Below are positions 28,261-36,309 of a DNA stretch of 54,789 bases, piece after piece. Under the pieces are notes generated by a model. The model was given only the letters and a program-made list of their open reading frames with translations. It made no database searches and was not told the DNA's origin. The stretch lies in NCBI GenBank assembly GCA_020346765.1, contig CP070788.1, positions 1,908,783-1,963,571 on the forward strand. The letters are read 5' to 3'. The position numbers and the translations under genes are program-made. Position 1 is the stretch's first letter; each line of letters opens with the position of its first letter. The stretch comes from Nitrospiraceae bacterium. GTDB lineage: Bacteria; Nitrospirota; Thermodesulfovibrionia; UBA6902.

Positions 28261-28701
28261 ATGAGAAGAGTGTCTGCAGTATTTATGAGCGGTATTTTTT
28301 TACTCCTCTTCATGGTGTCTTCATCTGGCAGTGCCCATGCCCAGCCCGGAAAGGGGACGGGGATGGGGCAGGAAAAGGCCCGGCAGAAGTACGAGCACAA
28401 TAAAGAGGACATTGATGAAAGAATGAGAGAACAGCGGGAAGAGCTGGAGCAGCGCCGGCTCGGCACGGACGAGGATGGTTCCCATGAGAGAAATCAGGAG
28501 CGGTACAAGGAGCGGGAGCGCTATGAAAGGGGGGAGGATGATGACCGCTATAAAGACAGGAGAGAGCGCTCCGAAGAGGAGCGGGAAGAACGCCGGGGCG
28601 ATGTAAAGGGAGAAGAAGGACGGCAAAAGGCAGCGGAACGGGCAGGTGACCTGGGGACGGACGAAAAACAGGGAAGGCCCTGGTGGAAGTTCTGGGAATG
28701 A
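28261..28701 (+). CDS. secreted, highly charged low-complexity (E/R/D/K-rich) protein
   Basis: An SD AAGGAGGG lies upstream. A signal peptide ends in ..SSGSAHA. The mature part is dominated by ERxxE/RYE/DDR repeats and ends in WWKFWE. Confidence 0.6.
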   Translation: MRRVSAVFMSGIFLLLFMVSSSGSAHAQPGKGTGMGQEKARQKYEHNKEDIDERMREQREELEQRRLGTDEDGSHERNQERYKERERYERGEDDDRYKDRRERSEEEREERRGDVKGEEGRQKAAERAGDLGTDEKQGRPWWKFWE

Positions 28702-28714
28702 AAGGGCAGGGTAA

Positions 28715-29071
28715 TCATTTCGCCAAAGGGGTCTTGCGGCCCTCTCTGTCTACATTCACAAGGGTCACACGGGTGGAAAAGATGATCTCATTTTGTTTCT
28801 CCCTCATGTTGCCGCGGAAAACGTTCACGTGATACTGAACGGAGGTGGTGCCCTCCCGGGTCTTTTCCGCAATGAACGTGAGGATTGTCCCCTCTTTCAC
28901 GCTCTTTCTGAATTCGACCCGGTCCATACCAATGGTGACAAAGCTGCATCCGGGGTATTCCATGCTGGCGGCTATCCAGGCATATTCATCCACCCACTTG
29001 AGCAGGTTGCCGCCAAAGAGAAAGCCATAGTGGTTCAGGTGTTCAGGATGTACCAGCTTGTGATTTTCCAT
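28715..29071 (-). CDS. acyl-CoA thioesterase (hotdog fold, YciA-like)
   Basis: 118 aa. HLNHYGFLFGGNLLKWVDEYAWIAA and VTIGMDRVEFRKSVKEG are typical of 4HBT/YciA thioesterases. Confidence 0.8.
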   Translation of the reverse strand: MENHKLVHPEHLNHYGFLFGGNLLKWVDEYAWIAASMEYPGCSFVTIGMDRVEFRKSVKEGTILTFIAEKTREGTTSVQYHVNVFRGNMREKQNEIIFSTRVTLVNVDREGRKTPLAK

Positions 29072-29304
29072 TGCGTTTCTTCAACCTGCATTAATCATTA
29101 AGTCGACCCTATTCTGAAACGGGCATGCACTTATGCTATGCATTTTCCAGGATCTTAAATTTCTTGTAATATCTTTATATGCTCAAAGGGCAGCCTGCCA
29201 TTGGTGTCTCTGTGCCTTCCACTTGAACGAAATTCGCCATGAATTATCCAGGACAATGCTCAGGTTCTGCTTTATCAATAGTATACGTGCAACCCGGTGC
29301 CTCT

Positions 29305-30489
29305 TCAACGGGACCCTTGGAGAAGGTCAATCGTCGAGAACACAAGAAAGAGTATGCCTGAGCGCAGCGCCTCGTCATTGAAGTCGAAGGCGCTGCTGTG
29401 CAGGGAAGGACTGTCCTCGCCCATGCCGAGAAAGAACATGGCCCCCGGGTTCTTCTCGAGGTAGTAAGAAAAATCTTCAGACCCCATGACAGGCTCCTGG
29501 ACATCCTGCCAAAAGCCTTCACCCAGATATTGCTCGGCAACACGCCTGCACTGCCCGACCACCCGGTGGTCATTGATAACGGGGATATAGGGCCTCCGGT
29601 ACTCCATCTCGTACTCAGCGCCGGTCCATGAGCACTCCGCCTGCACCGACTGTTCAATGAGGGCAGGGATCCTGTCTCCGACTTTGCGGGAAAAATAACG
29701 CACTGATCCCTGCAGAACTATATCGTCGGGAATGACATTGGCGCTTACGCCGCCGTGAACACTGCATGTGCTGATCACAACCGGCTCCTGAGCCTCTATT
29801 TTCTTTGACGGCAGGAGGGAGAGCCCGGTTATTACACGGGCAGCGGTAAACACAGGGTCAACGGCCTTCCAGGGGGCGGACCCGTGCCCTCCCTTTCCAC
29901 GGATAATCAGTCTGTATACGTCGGCGGCTGCCATGAACTGGCCAGGACGTGATGCTATGGTCCCGGCAGGATATCCCGGCCAGGAGTGCAGGGCTATGAC
30001 AGCGTCAGGTCTGGGATTATCGAGGATGCCCCTTGCGACAAGGTCTTTCCCGGCGGCATGAATTTCCTCTCCCGGCTGAAAAACAAAACGCACTGATCCG
30101 GCGATACGGTCCTTTACTGCGGTAAGAACCCTGGCTGCTGCCAGGAGCATTGCCATGTGCCCGTCGTGACCGCAGGCGTGCATGACGCCCTCTATGAGCG
30201 AATGATAAGGAAGGAGGGCGGGTTCATGAATAGGCAGGGCGTCCATGTCAGCCCTGAGGGTGACGTTTCTGCCGCTGCTCCTTCCCCGCAGGAGGGCCAC
30301 CACATCAGTGGAAAGACAGGGTTTATGGATGTCCATATTAAGCTCTCCCAGGCGGGCCCTTATATAACGGGATGTTGACGCTTCGTGAAGGGACAATTCG
30401 GGGTGTGCGTGCAGGTGCTGCCTGATGTCCCTGATCTCGGGAAGAAGGCCGTCAACCAGTTCTTCGATCTGTGAGCGATACGGAATCAA
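29305..30489 (-). CDS. M20D family amidohydrolase (N-acyl-amino-acid / hippurate hydrolase type)
   Basis: 394 aa with a TTG start. It shows IRQHLHAHPELSLHE, HACGHDGH and the FQPGEE motifs of the M20D subfamily. Confidence 0.85.
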   Translation of the reverse strand: MIPYRSQIEELVDGLLPEIRDIRQHLHAHPELSLHEASTSRYIRARLGELNMDIHKPCLSTDVVALLRGRSSGRNVTLRADMDALPIHEPALLPYHSLIEGVMHACGHDGHMAMLLAAARVLTAVKDRIAGSVRFVFQPGEEIHAAGKDLVARGILDNPRPDAVIALHSWPGYPAGTIASRPGQFMAAADVYRLIIRGKGGHGSAPWKAVDPVFTAARVITGLSLLPSKKIEAQEPVVISTCSVHGGVSANVIPDDIVLQGSVRYFSRKVGDRIPALIEQSVQAECSWTGAEYEMEYRRPYIPVINDHRVVGQCRRVAEQYLGEGFWQDVQEPVMGSEDFSYYLEKNPGAMFFLGMGEDSPSLHSSAFDFNDEALRSGILFLVFSTIDLLQGSR

Positions 30490-30571
30490 TTATTCATTCC
30501 TCTGTGGCATGGTCATAGAGAGGCCGCAGGTATCATTGTAAACATTTTCCCTGAAGAGAGTCCAACAGCAC

Positions 30572-30598
30572 AAAAAAAACCGCAGGGTCAGCCTGCGG
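30572..30598 (-). terminator. Rho-independent terminator (bidirectional geometry; U8 on the minus strand)
   Basis: The minus strand reads CCGCAGG-cugac-CCUGCGG followed by UUUUUUUU. It lies about 85 nt upstream of the M20 start codon. Confidence 0.8.
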
Positions 30599-30803
30599 TT
30601 TTGAAGGGTGGTATATTCTTCCCACCTTGCCGTGTAGAAAAAAAACTATAAACCCCGTTTTACAGGTGGGTTCCCCGAAAGCAGGATCAGGCTTCCCCGA
30701 AGGGGCGCACCACATGCTTTACGCAGGATCCCTTAATTAATTTGGTCGGAATAAGTTTTAATTCCAATCACGAGCAAGGCAGGTATTTCTGGTCATGCCT
30801 TGT
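30572..30803 (-). ncRNA. candidate structured RNA (sRNA, or terminator-containing leader of the M20 gene), class unknown
   Basis: It is bounded by a sigma70-like promoter (30810..30838) and an intrinsic terminator (30572..30598). Several hairpins lie in between, including a C(UUCG)G tetraloop stem (GCCCCUUCGGGGA) and GGUGG-N10-CCACC. No credible ORF is present. Confidence 0.35.
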
Positions 30804-30809
30804 AGCACT

Positions 30810-30838
30810 ATTAAACATGATCGGGTTTCATTATTCAA
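30810..30838 (-). promoter_or_regulatory. sigma70-type promoter TTGAAT-N17-TTTAAT
   Basis: Read on the minus strand inside the AT-rich thyX/M20 spacer. The spacing is exactly 17 nt. Confidence 0.45.
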
Positions 30839-30904
30839 ATTAAAAATAGTTATCACGTCTATTAATTCTGCTAATAGATAATGTGATGCACGAACAAAGA
30901 ACGG

Positions 30905-31636
30905 TTAAGTCTTTACCCCGTAATTTTTTCTCACCTCTTTTATTTTTCCGCAGGTGTATTCGCCTTCAGGACAGGGGGCATAGAGGCATCCCGGACCGGC
31001 CTTTTCAAATATGATAGGGGCCACCTTCTTTACCAGCTTCAGCATGTCTTCAGCCATGCGACGTATTTCCCACTGGGCCCGGTTGCAGCATCGCTGCCTG
31101 AAAAAGTGCAGCAGCTCCCGGGCGTTCATGGTCACCATGATTTTCGTCTCCGCTGCGTTGGGCAGGAGAAAGCGTGCATCCTGGTTGGCCGACTCGCCTT
31201 TAACGCCCTTTTCATTCAGCTTTTGTGCAATGGTATTGTAGGCAACCTGGGATGACTTCATGAAGGCGATAAAGATCTGTTTCAGCTCCCTGTCTTCTTT
31301 TACCGAGGGGGGGATGATGTAGTCAAAGCCCTGCTCTTCACTGACGTACCGCTGCGACTGCTGGCTGTACGAGGCCAGCCTGTGCCGCACGAGCTGATGA
31401 GAGCATGCCCGGGAAATACCCTCCACTGCAAAGGTGAATGACGGATGTTCAATAGGTGTCATGTGGCCCATCTTCACAAGCCGTTCCACAAAGGACTTCT
31501 GGTCTTTTGACTCAATCCGTTTTTTCAGCGACCTGATGTCTGCAGGGCTGTAGCAGAGCCGGGCAGCCATGGCAATGGTCTCTTCAGGGTGCGGGGTATG
31601 GCGCAGAAGGATGACCTTCAGCTTTGCCTCTGACAT
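30905..31636 (-). CDS. thyX: FAD-dependent thymidylate synthase ThyX
   Basis: The ThyX motif RHRLASYSQQSQRY is present. I place the start at codon 22 of the tracked ORF (MSEAKLKVILL), preceded by TAAGGAGAA. The longer ORF would run into the promoter at 31684..31712. Confidence 0.9.
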   Translation of the reverse strand: MSEAKLKVILLRHTPHPEETIAMAARLCYSPADIRSLKKRIESKDQKSFVERLVKMGHMTPIEHPSFTFAVEGISRACSHQLVRHRLASYSQQSQRYVSEEQGFDYIIPPSVKEDRELKQIFIAFMKSSQVAYNTIAQKLNEKGVKGESANQDARFLLPNAAETKIMVTMNARELLHFFRQRCCNRAQWEIRRMAEDMLKLVKKVAPIIFEKAGPGCLYAPCPEGEYTCGKIKEVRKNYGVKT

Positions 31637-31683
31637 TGCGTTCTCCTTATGGGTTGCGGAAAGAATGATGCTGATCAGATGAT

Positions 31684-31712
31684 ATGATAATCCAGCCACT
31701 GCATGATGTCAA
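31684..31712 (-). promoter_or_regulatory. sigma70-type promoter TTGACA-N17-TATCAT for thyX
   Basis: The minus strand reads cttcaTTGACAtcatgcagtggctggatTATCATatc. It lies about 48 nt upstream of the preferred thyX ATG. Confidence 0.55.
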
Positions 31713-31794
31713 TGAAGCCAGAGATCAAAAGTGCAGAAGTTCCATCGTTTAATTGTTTGACTTCTTGCTCTGGAGCTATGGAACTATAGAACTT

Positions 31795-33168
31795 TCATTG
31801 CTTCTTGATGAATCTGTTTCTCAGGGTTTTTGCTGCCGTGATGATCCGTACCAGTGCGTCGGTCAGGCTGTGGGGCCTCGGGCGTATTTTGATGGAATCC
31901 AGGTGTTCCATCATTACCCCTGGTTGAATAAAAATCGAGGGTGATTTTGTCGTGGCGAGCACCTGGCTTGGATAGACGCTCCTGTGCCCTGTCATGAGGT
32001 AGCTGACGATGCAGGAAACAGCAGCATACGGCGCTATTTCAGGGCCGAAGAATTCCATGGCCATGATACTTGCAGATATGGGCGTATTGGCAGCGCCTGC
32101 AAGAAGACTCACCATGCCGATGGCAGCAAACATTGAGGGATCGTATCCCAGGACCATGCCTATGAAGCTTCCGGCAGTGACCCCAGTAAAAAATATGGGG
32201 GTTACCACGCCGCCGCTTCCGCAAAATGCCAGAGTGACGGCGGTAAAAAGAATTTTGAAAGCGAAATCGAAAGGCATGACCTTGCTGCCTTCGAGCACGG
32301 ACTCAATGGTCCCGAGCCCCAGGCCGAGGTACTTTGGTGATATAGTGAAGGCTAGCAGTACGAGGAAGGCCCCTCCAATGAGCCCCTTGAGCGGCTCCCA
32401 CAGAGTGATTTTCCTGCTTATGGACTCGGCGAGCTTCAGTGCTTCAATGAGCAGCAACGAGCACAGTCCGAAAAAGACTGCTCCCGTGAGGACCTTGATG
32501 AAAAAGAATTCGCTGAATTTCGGGACGAACTCCACGGTATGATAAAAGTATTCCACCCCCAGGGATGACGATACCTGATGGGCGATGATGCCGGCCACAA
32601 AGGACGGAAACATCACGTCATAGAATATGCTGCCGATGGAGAGGACCTCGATGCCGAATAATGCACCGGCGATGGGCGTCCCGAACACCGAGGCGAACCC
32701 GGCGCTGATGCCGCAGATTACCAGTTTCCTGCGGTCCTTTTTGTTGAAGCGGAACAGGGACGAGAAGATGTATGAAAGGCCCGCGCCGATCTGTGCCGCC
32801 GGCCCTTCTTTCCCCGCAGACCCTCCCGCAGCTATGGTTATTACCGTGGCAGCAAGCTTCACCGGAACGGTAAGGGGATTCATCCTGCCGCTGTACCGGT
32901 GTATGGCGTCTATTACCCTTTCCGTTCCATGACCCCGGGCTTCGGGGCAGAGGTACTTTATGAGAAGGCCGGACAGGAAGAGGGCAAAGGGAAGTGCGAG
33001 GAAGTAGTAGGGGTATTCGGAGATGAAAAATATGCTTGAGTTCAGAATACTGATGAAAAAGGCCGTGGAAGCGCCCACAATGGCTCCCGTGGAGGTCGCG
33101 AGAAAGAACCACTTAACCACACTGATGAAGAGCACTGACTGTTCCAGGAAAAGCTCTTTCTTTCTCAT
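31795..33168 (-). CDS. ClC-family anion channel/antiporter, short form without CBS domains
   Basis: 457 aa and polytopic. ClC motifs are GHGTE (in the GSGIP position), GKEGP and GVVTP (in the GxFxP position). Confidence 0.85.
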   Translation of the reverse strand: MRKKELFLEQSVLFISVVKWFFLATSTGAIVGASTAFFISILNSSIFFISEYPYYFLALPFALFLSGLLIKYLCPEARGHGTERVIDAIHRYSGRMNPLTVPVKLAATVITIAAGGSAGKEGPAAQIGAGLSYIFSSLFRFNKKDRRKLVICGISAGFASVFGTPIAGALFGIEVLSIGSIFYDVMFPSFVAGIIAHQVSSSLGVEYFYHTVEFVPKFSEFFFIKVLTGAVFFGLCSLLLIEALKLAESISRKITLWEPLKGLIGGAFLVLLAFTISPKYLGLGLGTIESVLEGSKVMPFDFAFKILFTAVTLAFCGSGGVVTPIFFTGVTAGSFIGMVLGYDPSMFAAIGMVSLLAGAANTPISASIMAMEFFGPEIAPYAAVSCIVSYLMTGHRSVYPSQVLATTKSPSIFIQPGVMMEHLDSIKIRPRPHSLTDALVRIITAAKTLRNRFIKKQ

Positions 33169-33179
33169 GGCATCCCCAT

Positions 33180-34934
33180 TTAAAATCGCCTTCTCAGAAG
33201 TTCCCGGTTGTATGCCGTGATCACATCGCCCCTCTTCAGCATTCCCACGACCCTTCTCCTGTTGAACATGTCCACCACTGGTATTTCTCCCAGGTCTTTC
33301 AGGGCGAACTTTTCTATGGCGCTATTGAGGTTGTCATTGGGAGTGACGACAATGACGTTACGGGACGCTATGAACTTGACCTTTACCAGTTTCTTGAGGT
33401 CCTCTTCAAAGAGGACGCTCCTGATGTCCTGGAGGGAAATGATTCCGGTCAAAAGGCCGTCGTCGTCAACGGCGGGGAAGTAAAAGTCATCGCCCTCGGC
33501 CACCTTGTTCAGAAGTTCATGGATGTCAGTGTCTTCATGGACCGTGGTGAAGTCTGTCTTCATCACCCTGCCCACAGCAATCGTGCTGAGGACCGTTGCC
33601 TCCCTTCCGTCATGGATGTTGATGCCTTTCCTGGTGAGCTCCACGGTGTCAATGGAGTCATGGAAGAGGTGCTTTGCCGTGAGCGTTCCGATGATGCTCG
33701 CAAACATGATGGGGATGATGATCTTGTAATTGGCCGTCATCTCGAAGAGAAGGAATATCGCTGTCAGGGGAGCGTGGGTAGTGGCCGCAAGAAAGGCCCC
33801 CACGCCGACGGTGGCATAGGCCCCGGGCGTTGCCGTGTAGGCGGGCAGGAGCGTGTGCACTGCCCATCCGAAGCTGCCTCCCACCATGGCCCCGATGAAC
33901 AGGGCAGGGGCGAAGACTCCGCCGGCACCGCCAGAGCCAAGCGTAAGGGATGTAGCAATAATCTTCATGAAGATGAGAACGGCCATTACGGAAAAGATGA
34001 TGTTCCCCTCAAGGGCATGCTCGATGTGTTCGTAGCCGTCTCCAAGGACATGGGGGAACATGATGCCCATGACGCCAACCAGGAAGGCGCCCAGAACGGG
34101 CTTGAGCTGGGGGTGGAGCTTGAGTCTGTCAAAACCGTCATTTACCCAGTGAAACACCCTGATATAGAGGACTGCCGTGACGCCGATGAGGAGTCCCAAA
34201 AGAATATAGAGGGGAATCTCAAAGGCAGTCACCTCATAGGTGGGTACCGTAAATGCCGGACTCGCTCCGTAAAAGGCGCGGGATACCACGGTGGCAAGGC
34301 CTGATGAAATAACAATGGCCGAGAACGACGTCAGTTCGTAATTGCCGAGAAGGACAATTTCCGTTGCGAACATGACGCCGGCAATGGGGGCGTTGAACGT
34401 GGCTGCCACGGCACCTGCAGAGCCGGCAGCGATGAGGAGCTTGATCCTGTTGCCTGATACCTTGAAGACCTGACCCACAAATGAACCGACGGCTCCGCCG
34501 AGCTGTGCAATGGGGCCCTCAACACCGGCTGATCCGCCGGAGCCGATCGTCAGGGCAGGGGCCAGTATCTTGGCGAAAAAAGTCCGCCTCTTGACCCGTC
34601 CACCCTTGATGTTTACCAGTTCGATAAATCTGGGGAAGCCGTAGCCGTTCACATCGCCCCTGAAGGCAAGGGAAAGCGGTATAAGGAGAAGGGCGCCGGA
34701 GACCGGCAGGAGCGGCAGGAGCAGGGTATGTAGGCCTCCTTCACCGATGCGGAGGATGAGGGAGCCTCCATCAAAAATGACACGGTGGACAAGATGCATG
34801 GTGGAGCGGAACAGGATATTGGCAAAGCCGCTCAGCATGCCCACGACGATGGACATGGCGATGATCACCGTGTGTTCGCCCAGCCTGAATTTCAGGAGCC
34901 TGTCCAGAAATGTCTGTCTGTCTCTGTCGTTCAT
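33180..34934 (-). CDS. ClC-family anion channel/antiporter with C-terminal CBS pair
   Basis: 584 aa. ClC motifs are GYGFP (in the GSGIP position), GVEGP and GVFAP. The C-terminal ~140 aa form two CBS-like units. Confidence 0.85.
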   Translation of the reverse strand: MNDRDRQTFLDRLLKFRLGEHTVIIAMSIVVGMLSGFANILFRSTMHLVHRVIFDGGSLILRIGEGGLHTLLLPLLPVSGALLLIPLSLAFRGDVNGYGFPRFIELVNIKGGRVKRRTFFAKILAPALTIGSGGSAGVEGPIAQLGGAVGSFVGQVFKVSGNRIKLLIAAGSAGAVAATFNAPIAGVMFATEIVLLGNYELTSFSAIVISSGLATVVSRAFYGASPAFTVPTYEVTAFEIPLYILLGLLIGVTAVLYIRVFHWVNDGFDRLKLHPQLKPVLGAFLVGVMGIMFPHVLGDGYEHIEHALEGNIIFSVMAVLIFMKIIATSLTLGSGGAGGVFAPALFIGAMVGGSFGWAVHTLLPAYTATPGAYATVGVGAFLAATTHAPLTAIFLLFEMTANYKIIIPIMFASIIGTLTAKHLFHDSIDTVELTRKGINIHDGREATVLSTIAVGRVMKTDFTTVHEDTDIHELLNKVAEGDDFYFPAVDDDGLLTGIISLQDIRSVLFEEDLKKLVKVKFIASRNVIVVTPNDNLNSAIEKFALKDLGEIPVVDMFNRRRVVGMLKRGDVITAYNRELLRRRF

Positions 34935-35088
34935 GATGCAGTGCTGGCAGGCGCAGGAAACAGGGGAGGTGCGAAGTTGGTCAGTTTTCGGCGAGACTGG
35001 CGGTTCTCCGGAATGGTTTCCGCTCTGTACCGAAGAAGGGGGCCCTGTTTAACAGATTCTCTTCATGACGTTTCATGCGCAGTGCCTC

Positions 35089-36309
35089 TTATAACTCGAT
35101 AACATGTTTGCCTTTTTGGATATGGCAATACCAGAGCGAGAGATAATCCCTGATTTGCCGTGTCAGGAGGTAATTGTTTCTCACATACTCCTTGCCGCTC
35201 TGCCCCATACGCTGTGCCATGAGGGGGTTGTTCAGGTATTGCCGTATCCTGAAGGCTGCCCCCTCGACGGAATAGACGACAAAACCTGTTATGCCGTGCA
35301 CAATCTGCAGGGGGATGCCCCCCACGGCGCCTCCGATGACCGGTTTTTCTTTCCACATGGCCTCGGAAACGGTCAGGCCGAAGCCCTCCTTGAGGGACTT
35401 CTGAAGGATTATTGTTGCCATCCTCTGAAGGGCGTTTATTTCGATGTGATTGTCCGGTGGCAGCAGGAGGATGCGAATGTCAGGATCGCTGCCAGCGAAT
35501 TCCCTCACCTCATTGAGCACCGCTTCCCCCTCGGGGTCATCGGTGGCAGGACTGCCGACGAGGACGAGGGTGCACTCATTGTATTTCTTCACGATCTTGT
35601 ATGCATTGATGACACCGATGGGGTCCTTGAAACGGTCAAACCGGGATACCTGAAGGATGATGGGCTTGTCCCGGTTGATCTGGAGTTTTTCCGCCACGCT
35701 GCTTATCTCCTGTTGTGTGAGATCTCTGTTTTTGCTGCTCAGAGGGTCTATGGACGGTGTCACGATATATTCGTCCACAGGGAGAGACTTGGCGAACCGT
35801 GAAACTGAAAATATGGCTGAATCATAGCGTGAGACATAGGCCTTCAGCTTTGCCCACACACCAGGCATGGGATTGGAGATATCGATGTGGCATCTCCACA
35901 TCCAGACCGACATGCGGGAACGGGGCCTGAAGTCAATAAGGGGAGCAGGCTGGGGGTCATGGATGAGTACGGCATCGGCGTTCAGGTCAAGGGATTTCCT
36001 GTTCCGTTTGTTCACTTCATAGTAGTGGTCCCACATGCTCTCCGTGATCTTTTCCCTGGTGCCCTGCAGGGCGTTGTGGGTCTTTTTGGTGAAGTCGAAA
36101 AAGGTGGCGTCTCCCTCGATCACTTCCCACCGTGCATCGATGCCCAGGTTACGCAAAAGGGGGACCATGCGGTTGAGGATCTCTGCAACGCCTCCGCCTT
36201 CGCGGGTTGAGTTGACGTGAAGGAATGATTTGCCCTCCAGTTTGCTGCAGAGCCTCTGGATAAGCAGCAGGTCGCCCTTGGGCGCTATGCCTGAATACTG
36301 GGTGATCAC
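35089..36309 (-). CDS. GT4 glycosyltransferase of the TreT (trehalose glycosyltransferring synthase) type
   Basis: 406 aa. The N-terminus GKSFLHVNSTREGGGVAEILNRMVPLLRNLGIDARWEVIEGDATFFDFTKKTHNALQG...LIHDPQPAPLI closely follows the archaeal TreT N-terminal region as I remember it. The C-terminal half is a GT1-type Rossmann fold (EGFGLTVSEAM). Confidence 0.7.
   Translation of the reverse strand: MITQYSGIAPKGDLLLIQRLCSKLEGKSFLHVNSTREGGGVAEILNRMVPLLRNLGIDARWEVIEGDATFFDFTKKTHNALQGTREKITESMWDHYYEVNKRNRKSLDLNADAVLIHDPQPAPLIDFRPRSRMSVWMWRCHIDISNPMPGVWAKLKAYVSRYDSAIFSVSRFAKSLPVDEYIVTPSIDPLSSKNRDLTQQEISSVAEKLQINRDKPIILQVSRFDRFKDPIGVINAYKIVKKYNECTLVLVGSPATDDPEGEAVLNEVREFAGSDPDIRILLLPPDNHIEINALQRMATIILQKSLKEGFGLTVSEAMWKEKPVIGGAVGGIPLQIVHGITGFVVYSVEGAAFRIRQYLNNPLMAQRMGQSGKEYVRNNYLLTRQIRDYLSLWYCHIQKGKHVIEL

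Noticed and set aside
30533-30715. A 60-aa ORF (MWCAPSGKPDPAFGEP...) in the thyX/M20 spacer.
   Set aside because: It has no SD. It reads straight through an intrinsic terminator and several stable hairpins. I treat the region as an RNA candidate instead.
31637-31699. The longer thyX ORF start at 31699 (MAGLSYHLISIILSATHKENA...).
   Set aside because: The extension has no SD and would overlap the TTGACA-N17-TATCAT promoter. The internal ATG at 31636 has TAAGGAGAA upstream and gives a normal ThyX N-terminus.
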